From NCBI GenBank assembly GCA_040954595.2, contig CM082584.2, forward strand, positions 1,412,281 to 1,476,280: DNA of 64,000 nt. Reading direction: 5' to 3'. Positions within the stretch are counted from its first letter, which is position 1; each line of letters starts with the position of its first letter. Below are positions 1 to 15,000 of this stretch, in pieces. The translations under genes were made by a program, and so were the position numbers. Below the pieces are notes generated by a model. That model was given only the letters and a program-made list of their open reading frames with translations. It was not told the origin of the DNA and did not search any database. Origin of the DNA: Balanoglossus misakiensis (lineage: Eukaryota > Animalia > Hemichordata).

Positions 1-3000
1 CGACGAAATTTTGAGATTTTGCAAAGTCGAAAATTTGTCATTTTTTGATGATTTTCCCCCATGTTTTTTTTTTAAAATGGACGAAATTTTGAGATTTTGC
101 AAAGTCGAAAATTTGTCATTTTTTGATGATTTTCACCCATGATTTTTTTCAAAAATTGACGAAATTTCGAGATTTTGCAAAGTCGAAAATTTGTCATTTT
201 TTGATGATTTTCACCCATGATTTTTTTTCAAAAATCGACGAAATGTTGAGATTTTGCAAAGTCGAAAATTTGTAATTTTTTGATGATTTTCACCCATGAT
301 TTTTTTCAAAAATCGACGAAATTGTGAGATTTTGCAAAGTCGATAATTTGTCATTTTTTGATGATTTTCCCCCAATGGTTTTTTTCAAAATCGACGAAAT
401 TTTGAGATTTTGCAAAGTCGAAAATTTGTCATTTTTTGATGATTTTCACCCATGATTTTTTTCAAAAATCGACGAAATTGTGAGATTTTGCAAAGTCAAA
501 AATTTGTCATTTTTTGATGATTTTCACCCATGTTTTTTTTAAAAAATCGACGAACCTATGATATTTTTCAAAATCGACGAAATTTTGAGATTTTGCAAAG
601 TCGAAAATTTTGTCATTTTTTGATGATTTTCACCCATGATTTTTTTCAAAAATCGACGAAATGTTGAGATTTTGCAAAGTCGAAAATTTGTTATTTTTTG
701 ATGATTTTCACCCATGATTTTTTTCAAAAATCGACGAAATTGTGAGATTTTGCAAAGTCGATAATTTGTCATTTTTTGATGATTTTACCCCAATGGTTTT
801 TTTCAAAATCGACGAAATTTTGAGATTTTGCAAAGTCGAAAATTTGTCATTTTTTGATGATTTTCCCCCATGTTTTTTTTTTAAAATGGACGAAATTTTG
901 AGATTTTGCAAAGTCGAAAATTTGTCATTTTTTGATGATTTTCACCCATAATTTTTTTCAAAAATCGACGAAATTGTGAGATTTTGCAAAGTCAAAAATT
1001 TGTCATTTTTTGATGATTTTCACCCATGTTTTTTTTCAAAAATCGACGAAATTGTGAGATTTTGCAAAGTCGAAAATTTGTCATTTTTTGATGATTTTCA
1101 CCCATGTTTTTTTTTTAAAAATCGACGAACCTATGATTTTTTTCAAAATCGACGAAATTTTGTGATTTTACAAAGTCGAAAATTTTGTCATTTTTTGATG
1201 ATTTTCAACCATGATTTTTTTTCAAAAATCGACGAAAATTTGAGATTTTGCATAGACGAAAATTTGTCATTTTTTGATGATTTTCACCCATGATTTTGAT
1301 GATTTTCACCCATGATTTTTTCAAAAATTGACGAAATTTTGAGATTTTGCAAAGTCGAAAATTTGTCATTTTTTGATGATTTTCACCCATGATTTTTTTC
1401 AAAAATCGACGAAATGTTGAGATTTTGCAAAGTCGAAAATTTGTCATTTTTTGATGATTTTCACCCATGATTTTTTTCAAAAATCGACGAAATGTTGAGA
1501 TTTTGCAAAGTCGAAAATTTGTCATTTTTTGATGATTTTCTCCCATGATTTTTTTCAAAAATCGACGAAATTGTGAGATTTTGCAAAGTCGAAAATTTGT
1601 CATTTTTTGATGATTTTCCCCCATGTTTTTTTTTTAAAATGGACGAAATTTTGAGATTTTGCAAAGTCGAAAATTTGTCATTTTTTGATGATTTTCACCC
1701 ATGATTTTTTTCAAAAATTGACGAAATTTCGAGATTTTGCAAAGTCGAAAATTTGTCATTTTTTGATGATTTTCACCCATGATTTTTTTTCAAAAATCGA
1801 CGAAATGTTGAGATTTTGCAAAGTCGAAAATTTGTAATTTTTTGATGATTTTCACCCATGATTTTTTTCAAAAATCGACGAAATTGTGAGATTTTGCAAA
1901 GTCGATAATTTGTCATTTTTTGATGATTTTCCCCCAATGGTTTTTTTCAAAATCGACGAAATTTTGAGATTTTGCAAAGTCGAAAATTTGTCATTTTTTG
2001 ATGATTTTCACCCATGATTTTTTTCAAAAATCGACGAAATTGTGAGATTTTGCAAAGTCAAAAATTTGTCATTTTTTGATGATTTTCACCCATGTTTTTT
2101 TTTTAAAAAATCGACGAACCTATGATATTTTTCAAAATCGACGAAATTTTGAGATTTTGCAAAGTCGAAAATTTTGTCATTTTTTGATGATTTTCACCCA
2201 TGATTTTTTCAAAAATTGACGAAATTTTGAGATTTTGCAAAGTCGAAAATTTGTCATTTTTGATGATTTTCACCCATGATTTTTTTCAAAAATCGACGAA
2301 ATGTTGAGATTTTGCAAAGTCGAAAATTTGTCATTTTTTGATGATTTTCACCCATGATTTTTTTCAAAAATCGACGAAATGTTGAGATTTTGCATAGACG
2401 AAAATTTGTCATTTTTTGATGATTTTCTCCCATGATTTTTTTCAAAAATCGACGAAATTGTGAGATTTTGCAAAGTCGATAATTTGTCATTTTTTGATGA
2501 TTTTCCCCCAATGGTTTTTTTCAAAATCGACGAAATTTTGAGATTTTGCATAGACGAAAATTTGTAATTTTTTGATGATTTTCACCCATGATTTTTTTCA
2601 AAAATCGACGAAATTGTGAGATTTTGCAAAGTCAAAAATTTGTCATTTTTTGATGATTTTCACCCTTGTTTTTTTTTTAAAAATCGACGAACCTATGATA
2701 TTTTTCAAAATCGACGAAATTTTGAGATTTTGCAAAGTCGAAAATTTGTAATTTTTTGATGATTTTCACCCATGATTTTTTTCAAAAATTGACGAAATTT
2801 CGAGATTTTGCAAAGTCGAAAATTTGACATTTTTTGATGATTTTCACCCATGATTTTTTTTCAAAAATCGACGAAATGTTGAGATTTTGCAAAGTCGAAA
2901 ATTTGTAATTTTTTGATGATTTTCACCCATGATTTTTTTCAAAAATCGACGAAATTGTGAGATTTTGCAAAGTCGATAATTTGTCATTTTTTGATGATTT

Positions 3001-6000
3001 TCCCCCAATGGTTTTTTTCAAAATCGACGAAATTTTGAGATTTTGCAAAGTCGAAAATTTGTCATTTTTTGATGATTTTCACCCATGATTTTTTTCAAAA
3101 ATCGACGAAATTGTGAGATATTGCAAAGTCAAAAATTTGTCATTTTTTGATGATTTTCACCCTTGTTTTTTTTTTAAAAATCGACGAACCTATGATATTT
3201 TTCAAAATCGACGAAATTTTGAGATTTTGCAAAGTCGAAAATTTGTAATTTTTTGATGATTTTCACCCATGATTTTTTTCAAAAATTGACGAAATTTCGA
3301 GATTTTGCAAAGTCGAAAATTTGTCATTTTTTGGTGATTTTCACCCATGATTTTTTTTCAAAAATCGACGAAATGTTGAGATTTTGCAAAGTCGAAAATT
3401 TGTAATTTTTTGATGATTTTCACCCATGATTTTTTTCAAAAATCGACGAAATGTTGAGATTTTGCAAAGTCGAAAATTTGTCATTTTTTGATGATTTTCA
3501 CCCATGATTTTTTTCAAAAATCGACGAAATTGTGAGATTTTGCAAAGTCGAAAATTTGTAATTTTTTGATGATCTTCCCCCAATGGTTTTTTTCAAAATC
3601 GACGAAATTTTGAGATTTTGCAAAGTCGAAAATTTGTCATTTTTTGATGATTTTTACCCATTATTTTTTTTCAAAAATCGACGAAATTTTTAGATATTGC
3701 AAAGTCGAAAATGTGTCATTTTTTGATGATTTTCACCCATGATTTTTTTTCAAAAATCGACGAAATTTTAAGATTTTGCAAAGTCGAAAATTTGTCATTT
3801 TTTGATGATTTTCACCCGTTTTTTTTCAAAAATTGACGAAATGTTGAGATTTTTCAAAGTCGAAAATTTGTCATTTTTTGATGATTTTCAACCATTATTT
3901 TTTTTCAAAAATCGACGAAATTTTGAGATTTTGCAAAGTCGAAAATTTGTCATTTTTTGATGATTTTCCCCAATGATTTTTTTCAAAAATCGACGAAATG
4001 TTGAGATTTTGCAAAGTCGAAAATTTGTCATTTTTTGATGATTTTCACCCATGTTTTTTTTTAAAAAATCGACGAACCTATGATTTTTTTCAAAATCGAC
4101 GAAATTGTGTGATTTTGCAAACTCGAAAATTTTGTCATTTTTTGATGATTTTCAACCATGATTTTTTTTCAAAAATCGACGAAATTTTGAGATTTTGCAA
4201 AGTCGAAAATTTTGTCATTTTTTGATGATTTTCACCCATGATTTTTTCAAAAATTGATGAAATTTTGAGATTTTGCAAAGTCGAAAATTTGTCATTTTTT
4301 GATGATTTTCATCCATGTTTTTTTTTAAAAAATCGGCGAACCTATGATTTTTTTCAAAATTGACGAAATTTTGTGATTTTACAAAGTCGAAAATTTTGTC
4401 ATTTTTTGATGATTTTCAACCATGATTTTTTTTCAAAAATCGACGAAAATTTGAGATTTTGCAAAGACGAAAATTTGTCATTTTTTGATGATTTTCACCC
4501 ATGATTTTTTTCAAAAATCGACGAAATGTTGAGATTTTGCAAAGTCGAAAATTTGTCATTTTTTGATGATTTTCACCCATGATTTTTTTCAAAAATCGAC
4601 GAAATTGTGAGATTTTGCAAAGTCGATAATTTGTCATTTTTTGATGATTTTCCCCCATGTTTTTTTTTTAAAATGGACGAAATTTTGAGATTTTGCAAAG
4701 TCGATAATTTGTCATTTTTTGATGATCTTCCCCCAATGGTTTTTTTCAAAATCGACGAAATTTTGAGATTTTGCAAAGTCGAAAATTTGTCATTTTTTGA
4801 TGATTTTTACCCATGATTTTTTTTCAAAAATCGACGAAATTTTTAGATATTGCAAAGTCGAAAATGTGTCATTTTTTGATGATTTTCACCCATGATTTTT
4901 TTTCAAAAATCGACGAAATTTTATGATTTTGCAAAGTCGAAAATTTGTCATTTTTTGATGATTTTCACCCATGTTTTTTTTCAAAAATTGACGAAATGTT
5001 GAGATTTTGCAAAGTCGAAAATTTGTAATTTTTTGATGATTTTCAACCATTATTTTTTTTCAAAAATCGACGAAATTTTGAGATTTTGCAAAGTCGAAAA
5101 TTTGTCATTTTTTGATGATTTTCCCCAATGATTTTTTTCAAAAATCGACGAAATGTTGAGATTTTGCAAAGTCGAAAATTTGTCATTTTTTGATGATTTT
5201 CACCCATGTTTTTTTTAAAAAAATCGACGAACCTATGATTTTTTTCAAAATCGACGAAATTGTGTGATTTTGAAAACTCGAAAATTTTGTCATTTTTTGA
5301 TGATTTTCAACCATGATTTTTTTTCAAAAATCGACGAAATTTTGAGATTTTGCAAAGTCGAAAATTTTGTCATTTTTTGATGATTTTCACCCATGATTTT
5401 TTCAAAAATTGATGAAATTTTGAGATTTTGCAAAGTCGAAAATTTGTCATTTTTTGATGATTTTCATCCATGTTTTTTTTTAAAAAATCGGCGAACCTAT
5501 GATTTTTTTCAAAACTGACGAAATTTTGTGATTTTACAAAGTCGAAAATTTTGTCATTTTTTGATGATTTTCAACCATGATTTTTTTTCAAAAATCGACG
5601 AAAATTTGAGATTTTGCAAAGACGAAAATTTGTCATTTTTTGATGATTTTCACCCATGATTTTTTTCAAAAATCGACGAAATGTTGAGATTTTGCAAAGT
5701 CGAAAATTTGTCATTTTTTGATGATTTTCACCCATGATTTTTTTCAAAAATCGACGAAATTGTGAGATTTTGCAAAGTCGATAATTTGTCATTTTTTGAT
5801 GATTTTCCCCCATGTTTTTTTTTTAAAATGGACGAAATTTTGAGATTTTGCAAAGTCGATAATTTGTCATTTTTTGATGATCTTCCCCCAATGGTTTTTT
5901 TCAAAATCGACGAAATTTTGAGATTTTGCAAAGTCGAAAATTTGTCATTTTTTGATGATTTTTACCCATGATTTTTTTTCAAAAATCGACGAAATTTTTA

Positions 6001-9000
6001 GATATTGCAAAGTCGAAAATGTGTCATTTTTTGATGATTTTCACCCATGATTTTTTTTCAAAAATCGACGAAATTTTAAGATTTTGCAAAGTCGAAAATT
6101 TGTCATTTTTTGATGATTTTCACCCATGTTTTTTTTCAAAAATTGACGAAATGTTGAGATTTTGCAAAGTCGAAAATTTGTCATTTTTTGATGATTTTCA
6201 ACCATGTTTTTTTTTAAAAAATCGACGAACCTATGATTTTTTTCAAAATCGACGAAATTGTGTGATTTTGCAAACTCGAAAATTTTGTCATTTTTTGATG
6301 ATTTTCAACCATGATTTTTTTTCAAAAATCGACGAAATTTTGAGATTTTGCAAAGTCGAAAATTTTGTCATTTTTTGATGATTTTCACCCATGATTTTTT
6401 CAAAAATTGATGAAATTTTGAGATTTTGCAAAGTCGAAAATTTGTCATTTTTTGATGATTTTCATCCATGTTTTTTTTTAAAAAATCGGCGAACCTATGA
6501 TTTTTTTCAAAATTGACGAAATTTTGTGATTTTACAAAGTCGAAAATTTTGTCATTTTTTGATGATTTTCAACCATGATTTTTTTTTCAAAAATCGACGA
6601 AAATTTGAGATTTTGCAAAGACGAAAATTTGTCATTTTTTGATGATTTTCACCCATGATTTTTTTCAAAAATCGACGAAATGTTGAGATTTTGCAAGGTC
6701 GAAAATTTGTCATTTTTTGATGATTTTCACCCATGATTTTTTTCAAAAATCGACGAAATTGTGAGATTTTGCAAAGTCGATAATTTGTCATTTTTTGATG
6801 ATTTTCCCCCATGTTTTTTTTTTAAAATGGACGAAATTTTGAGATTTTGCAAAGTCGATAATTTGTCATTTTTTGATGATCTTCCCCCAATGGTTTTTTT
6901 CAAAATCGACGAAATTTTGAGATTTTGCAAAGTCGAAAATTTGTCATTTTTTGATGATTTTTACCCATGATTTTTTTTCAAAAATCGACGAAATTTTTAG
7001 ATATTGCAAAGTCGAAAATGTGTCATTTTTTGATGATTTTCACCCATGATTTTTTTTCAAAAATCGACGAAATTTTAAGATTTTGCAAAGTCGAAAATTT
7101 GTCATTTTTTGATGATTTTCACCCATGTTTTTTTTCAAAAATTGACGAAATGTTGAGATTTTGCAAAGTCGAAAATTTGTCATTTTTTGATGATTTTCAA
7201 CCATGTTTTTTTTTAAAAAATCGACGAACCTATGATTTTTTTCAAAATCGACGAAATTGTGTGATTTTGCAAACTCGAAAATTTTGTCATTTTTTGATGA
7301 TTTTCAACCATGATTTTTTTTCAAAAATCGACGAAATTTTGAGATTTTGCAAAGTCGAAAATTTTGTCATTTTTTGATGATTTTCACCCATGATTTTTTC
7401 AAAAATTGATGAAATTTTGAGATTTTGCAAAGTCGAAAATTTGTCATTTTTTGATGATTTTCATCCATGTTTTTTTTTAAAAAATCGGCGAACCTATGAT
7501 TTTTTTCAAAATTGACGAAATTTTGTGATTTTACAAAGTCGAAAATTTTGTCATTTTTTGATGATTTTCAACCATGATTTTTTTTCAAAAATCGACGAAA
7601 ATTTGAGATTTTGCAAAGACGAAAATTTGTCATTTTTTGATGATTTTCACCCATGATTTTTTTCAAAAATCGACGAAATGTTGAGATTTTGCAAGGTCGA
7701 AAATTTGTCATTTTTTGATGATTTTCACCCATGATTTTTTTCAAAAATCTACGAAATTGTGAGATTTTGCAAAGTCGATAATTTGTCATTTTTTGATGAT
7801 TTTCCCCCATGTTTTTTTTTTAAAATGGACGAAATTTTGAGATTTTGCAAAGTCGATAATTTGTCATTTTTTGATGATCTTCCCCCAATGGTTTTTTTCA
7901 AAATCGACGAAATTTTGAGATTTTGCAAAGTCGAAAATTTGTCATTTTTTGATGATTTTTACCCATGATTTTTTTTCAAAAATCGACGAAATTTTTAGAT
8001 ATTGCAAAGTCGAAAATGTGTCATTTTTTGATGATTTTCACCCATGATTTTTTTTCAAAAATCGACGAAATTTTAAGATTTTGCAAAGTCGAAAATTTGT
8101 CATTTTTTGATGATTTTCACCCATGTTTTTTTTCAAAAATTGACGAAATGTTGAGATTTTGCAAAGTCGAAAATTTGTCATTTTTTGATGATTTTCACCC
8201 ATGTTTTTTTTTAAAAAATCGACGAACCTATGATTTTTTTCAAAATCGACGAAATTGTGTGATTTTGCAAACTCGAAAATTTTGTCATTTTTTGATGATT
8301 TTCAACCATGATTTTTTTTCAAAAATCGACGAAATTTTGAGATTTTGCAAAGTCGAAAATTTTGTCATTTTTTGATGATTTTCACCCATGATTTTTTCAA
8401 AAATTGATGAAATTTTGAGATTTTGCAAAGTCGAAAATTTGTCATTTTTTGATGATTTTCATCCATGTTTTTTTTTAAAAAATCGGCGAACCTATGATTT
8501 TTTTCAAAATTGACGAAATTTTGTGATTTTACAAAGTCGAAAATTTTGTCATTTTTTGATGATTTTCAACCATGATTTTTTTCAAAAATCGACGAAATTG
8601 TGAGATTTTGCAAAGTCGATAATTTGTCATTTTTTGATGATTTTCCCCCATGTTTTTTTTTTAAAATGGACGAAATTTTGAGATTTTGCAAAGTCGATAA
8701 TTTGTCATTTTTTGATGATCTTCCCCCAATGGTTTTTTTCAAAATCGACGAAATTTTGAGATTTTGCAAAGTCGAAAATTTGTCATTTTTTGATGATTTT
8801 CCCCCGTTTTTTTTTTAAAATGGACGAAATGTTGAGATTTTGCAAAGACGAAAATTTGTCATTTTTTGATGATTTTCACCCATGATTTTTTCAAAAATTG
8901 ACGAAATTTTGAGATTTTGCAAAGTCGAAAATTTGTCATTTTTTGATGATTTTCACACATGATTTTTTTCAAAAATCGACGAAATTTTGATATTTTGCAA

Positions 9001-12000
9001 AGTCGACGAAAATGTGTCATTTTTTGATGATTTTCACCCGTTTTTTTTTCAAAATTTGTCATTTTTTGATGATTTTCACCCATGTTTTTTTTTAAAAAAT
9101 CGACGAACCTATGATTTTTTTCAAAATCGACGAAATTTTGTGATTTTACAAAGTCGAAAATTTTGTCATTTTTTGATGATTTTCACCCATGATTTTTTCA
9201 AAAATTGACGAAATTTTGAGATTTTGCAAAGTCGAAAATTTGTCATTTTTTGATGATTTTCACACATGATTTTTTTCAAAAATCGACGAAATTGTGAGAT
9301 TTTGCAAAGACGAAAATTTGTCATTTTTTGATGATTTTTACCCATTATTTTTTTTCAAAAATGGACGAAATTTTGAGATTTTGCAAAGTCGAAAATTTGT
9401 TATTTTTTGATGATTTTCCCCCATGATTTTTTTCAAAAATCGACGAAATTTTGAGATTTTGCAAAGTCGACGAAAATGTGTCATTTTTTGATGATTTTCA
9501 CCCGTTTTTTTTTTCAAAATTTGTCATTTTTTGATGATTTTCACCCATGATTTTTTCAAAAATTGACGAAATTTTGAGATTTTGCAAAGTCGAAAATTTG
9601 TCATTTTTTGATGATTTTCACCCATGATTTTTTTCAAAAATCGACGAAATTTTGAGATTTTGCAAAGTCGAAAATTTGTCATTTTTTGATGATTTTCCCC
9701 CGTTTTTTTTTTAAAATGGACGAAATGTTGAGATTTTGCAAAGACGAAAATTTGTCATTTTTTGATGATTTTCACCCATGATTTTTTCAAAAATTGACGA
9801 AATTTTGAGATTTTGCAAAGTCGAAAATTTGTCATTTTTTGATGATTTTCACACATGATTTTTTTCAAAAATCGACGAAATTGTGAGATTTTGCAAAGAC
9901 GAAAATTTGTCATTTTTTGATGATTTTCACCCATGTCTTTTTTTAAAAATCGACGAAATTTTGAGATTTTGCAAAGAGGAAAATTTGTCATTTTTTCATG
10001 ATTTTCTCCCATGATTTTTTTCAAAAATCGACGAAATTTTGAGATTTTGCAAAGTCGACGAAAATGTGTCATTTTTTGATGATTTTCACCCGTTTTTTTT
10101 TCAAAATTTGTCATTTTTTGATGATTTTCACCCATGTTTTTTTTTTAAAAAATCGACGAACCTATGATTTTTTTCAAAATCGACGAAATTTTGTGATTTT
10201 ACAAAGTCGAAAATTTTGTCATTTTTTGATGATTTTTACCCATGATTTTTTTTCAAAAATGGACGAAATTTTGAGATTTTGCAAAGTCGAAAATTTGTTA
10301 TTTTTTGATGATTTTCACCCATGTCTTTTTTTAAAAATCGACGAAATTTTGAGATTTTGCAGAGGAAAATTTGTCATTTTTTCATGATTTTCCCCCATGA
10401 TTTTTTTCAAAAATCGACGAAATTTTGAGATTTTGCAAAGTCGACGAAAATGTGTTATTTTTTGATGATTTTCACCTGTTTTTTTTTCAAAATTTGTCAT
10501 TTTTTGATGATTTTCACCCATGATTTTTTAAAAAATTGACGAAATTTTGAGATTTTGCAAAGTCGAAAATTTGTCATTTTTTGATGATTTTCACACATGA
10601 TTTTTTTCAAAAATCTACGAAATTTTGAGATTTTGCAGTCAAAAATTTGTCATTTTTTGATGATTTTCACCCATGATTTTTTCAAAATTGACGAAATTTT
10701 GAAATTTTGCAGTCGAAAATTTGTCATTTTTTGATGATTTTCACCCATATTATTTTTCAAAAACCGACGAAATTTTGAGATTTTGCAAAGACGAAAATTT
10801 GTCATTTTTTGATGATTTTCACCCACGATTTTTTCAAAAATTGACGAAATTATGAGATTTTGCAAAGTCGAAAATTTGTCATTTTTTGATGATTTTCACC
10901 CATGATTTTCTTCAAAAATGGACGAAATTTTAAGATTTTGCAAAGTCGAAAATTTGTCATTTTTTGATGATTTTCCCCCGTTTTTTTTTTTAAATGGACG
11001 AAATTTTGAGATTTTGCAAAGACGAAAATTTGTCATTTTTTGATGATTTTCACCCATGATTTTTTCAAAAATTGACGAAATTTTGAGATTTTGCAAAGTC
11101 GAAAATTTGTCATTTTTTGATGATTTTCACACATGATTTTTTTCAAAAATCTACGAAATTGTGAGTTTTTGCAAAGACGAAAATTTGTCATTTTTTGATG
11201 ATTTTTACCCATGATTTTTTTTCAAAAATGGACGAAATTTTGAGATTTTGCAAAGTCGAAAATTTGTTATTTTTTGATGATTTTCACCCATGTCTTTTTT
11301 TAAAAATCGACGAAATTTTGAGATTTTGCAGAGGAAAATTTGTCATTTTTTCATGATTTTCCCCCATGATTTTTTTCAAAAATCGACGAAATTTTGAGAT
11401 TTTGCAAAGTCGACGAAAATGTGTCATTTTTTGATGATTTTCACCCGTTTTTTTTTCAAAATTTGTCATTTTTTGATGATTTTCACCCATGTTTTTTTTT
11501 AAAAAATCGACGAACCTATGATTTTTTTCAAAATCGACGAAATTTTGTGATTTTACAAAGTCGAAAATTTTGTCATTTTTTGATGATTTTCAACCATGAT
11601 TTTTTTTCAAAAATCGACGAAAATTTGAGATTTTGCAAAGACGAAAATTTGTCATTTTTGATGATTTTTACCCATGATTTTTTTTCAAAAATGGACGAAA
11701 TTTTGAGATTTTGCAAAGACGAAAATTTGTCATTTTTTGATGATTTTCACCCATGATTTTTTTCAAAAATCGACGAAATTTTGAGATTTTGCAAAGTCGA
11801 AAATTTGTCATTTTTTGATGATTTTCCCCCGTTTTTTTTTTAAAATGGACGAAATTTTGAGATTTTGCAAAGACGAAAATTTGTCATTTTTTGATGATTT
11901 TCACCCATGATTTTTTCAAAAATTGACGAAATTTTGAGATTTTGCAAAGTCGAAAATTTGTCATTTTTTGATGATTTTCACACATGATTTTTTTCAAAAA

Positions 12001-15000
12001 TCGACGAAATTGTGAGATTTTGCAAAGACGAAAATTTGTCATTTTTTGATGATTTTTACCCATTATTTTTTTTCAAAAATGGACGAAATTTTGAGATTTT
12101 GCAAAGTCGAAAATTTGTTATTTTTTGATGATTTTCCCCCATGATTTTTTTCAAAAATCGACGAAATTTTGAGATTTTGCAAAGTCGACGAAAATGTGTC
12201 ATTTTTTGATGATTTTCACCCGTTTTTTTTTTCAAAATTTGTCATTTTTTGATGATTTTCACCCATTATTTTTTCAAAAATTGACGAAATTTTGAGATTT
12301 TGCAAAGTCGAAAATTTGTCATTTTTTGATGATTTTCACCCATGATTTTTTCAAAATTGACGAAATTTTGAGATTTTGCAAAGTCGAAAATTTGTCATTT
12401 TTTGATGATTTTCACCCATATTATTTTTCAAAAACCGACGAAATTTTGAGATTTTGCAAAGACGAAAATTTGTCATTTTTTGATGATTTTCACCCACGAT
12501 TTTTTCAAAAATTGACGAAATTATGAGATTTTGCAAAGTCGAAAATTTGTCATTTTTTGATGATTTTCACCCATGATTTTTTTTCAAAAATGGACGAAAT
12601 TTTGAGATTTTGCAAAGTCGAAAATTTGTTATTTTTTGATGATTTTCACCCATGTCTTTTTTTAAAAATCGACGAAATTTTGAGATTTTGCAGAGGAAAA
12701 TTTGTCATTTTTTCATGATTTTCCCCCATGATTTTTTTCAAAAATCGACGAAATTTTGAGATTTTGCAAAGTCGAAAATTTGTCATTTTTTGATGATTTT
12801 CACACATGATTTTTTTCAAAAATCTACGAAATTGTGAGTTTTTGCAAAGACGAAAATTTGTCATTTTTTGATGATTTTTACCCATGATTTTTTTTCAAAA
12901 ATGGACGAAATTTTGAGATTTTGCAAAGTCGAAAATTTGTTATTTTTTGATGATTTTCACCCATGTCTTTTTTTAAAAATCGACGAAATTTTGAGATTTT
13001 GCAGAGGAAAATTTGTCATTTTTTCATGATTTTCCCCCATGATTTTTTTCAAAAATCGACGAAATTTTGAGATTTTGCAAAGTCGAAAATTTGTCATTTT
13101 TTGATGATTTTCACCCATGATTTTTTCAAAAATTGACGAAATTTTGAGATTTTGCAAAGTCGAAAATTTGTCATTTTTTGATGATTTTCACACATGATTT
13201 TTTTCAAAAATCGACGAAATTGTGAGATTTTGCAAAGACGAAAATTTGTCATTTTTTGATGATTTTCACCCATGTCTTTTTTTAAAAATCGACGAAATTT
13301 TGAGATTTTGCAAAGAGGAAAATTTGTCATTTTTTCATGATTTTCTCCCATGATTTTTTTCAAAAATCGACGAAATTTTGAGATTTTGCAAAGTCGACGA
13401 AAATGTGTCATTTTTTGATGATTTTCACCTGTTTTTTTTCAAAATTTGTCATTTTTTGATGATTTTCACACATGTTTTTTTTTTAAAAAATCGACGAACC
13501 TATGATTTGTTTCAAAATCGACGAAATTTTGTGATTTTGCAAAGTCGTAAATGTGTCATTTTTTGATGATTTTCACCAGTTTTTTTTTTCAAAATTTGTC
13601 ATTTTTTCATGATTTTCCCCCATGATTTTTTTCAAAAATCGACGAAATTTTGAGATTTTGCAAAGTCGAAAATTTGTCATTTTTTGATGATTTTCACCCA
13701 TGATTTTTTTCAAAAATCGACGAAATTTTGAGATTTTGCAAAGTCGAAAATTTGTCATTTTTTGATGATTTTCCCCCGTTTTTTTTTTAAAATGGACGAA
13801 ATTTTGAGATTTTGCAAAGACGAAAATTTGTCATTTTTTGATGATTTTCACCCGTGATTTTTTTCAAAAATCGACGAAATTTTGAGATTTTGCAAAGTCG
13901 ACGAAAATGTGTCATTTTTTGATGATTTTCACCCGTTTTTTTTTCAAAATTTGTCATTTTTTGATGATTTTCACCCATGATTTTTTCAAAAATTGACGAA
14001 ATTTTGAGATTTTGCAAAGTCGAAAATTTGTCATTTTTTGATGATTTTCACCCATGATTTTTTTCAAAAATCGACGAAATTTTGAGATTTTGCAAAGTCG
14101 AAAATTTGTCATTTTTTGATGATTTTCCCCCGTTTTTTTTTTAAAATGGACGAAATGTTGAGATTTTGCAAAGACGAAAATTTGTCATTTTTTGATGATT
14201 TTCACCCATGATTTTTTCAAAAATTGACGAAATTTTGAGATTTTGCAAAGTCGAAAATTTGTCATTTTTTGATGATTTTCACACATGATTTTTTTCAAAA
14301 ATCGACGAAATTGTGAGATTTTGCAAAGACGAAAATTTGTCATTTTTTGATGATTTTCACCCATGTCTTTTTTTAAAAATCGACGAAATTTTGAGATTTT
14401 GCAAAGAGGAAAATTTGTCATTTTTTCATGATTTTCCCCCATGATTTTTTTCAAAAATCGACGAAATTTTGAGATTTTGCAAAGTCGACGAAAATGTGTC
14501 ATTTTTTGATGATTTTCACCCGTTTTTTTTTCAAAATTTGTCATTTTTTGATGATTTTCACCCATGTTTTTTTTTAAAAAATCGACGAACCTATGATTTT
14601 TTTAAAAATCGACGAAATTTTGAGATTTTGCAAAGAGGAAAATTTGTCATTTTTTCATGATTTTCCCCCATGATTTTTTTCAAAAATCGACGAAATTTTG
14701 AGATTTTGCAAAGTCGAAAATTTGTCATTTTTTGATGATTTTCACCCATGATTTTTTCAAAAATTGACGAAATGTTGAGATTTTGCAAAGTCGAAAATTT
14801 GTCATTTTTTGATGATTTTCACCCATGATTTTTTTCAAAAATGGACGAAATTTTGAGATTTTGCAAAGACGAAAATTTGTCATTTTTTGATGATTTTCAC
14901 CCATGATTTTTTTTCAAAAATCGACGAAATTTTGAGATTTTGCAAAGAGGAAAATTTGTCATTTTTTCATGATTTTCCCCCATGATTTTTTTCAAAAATC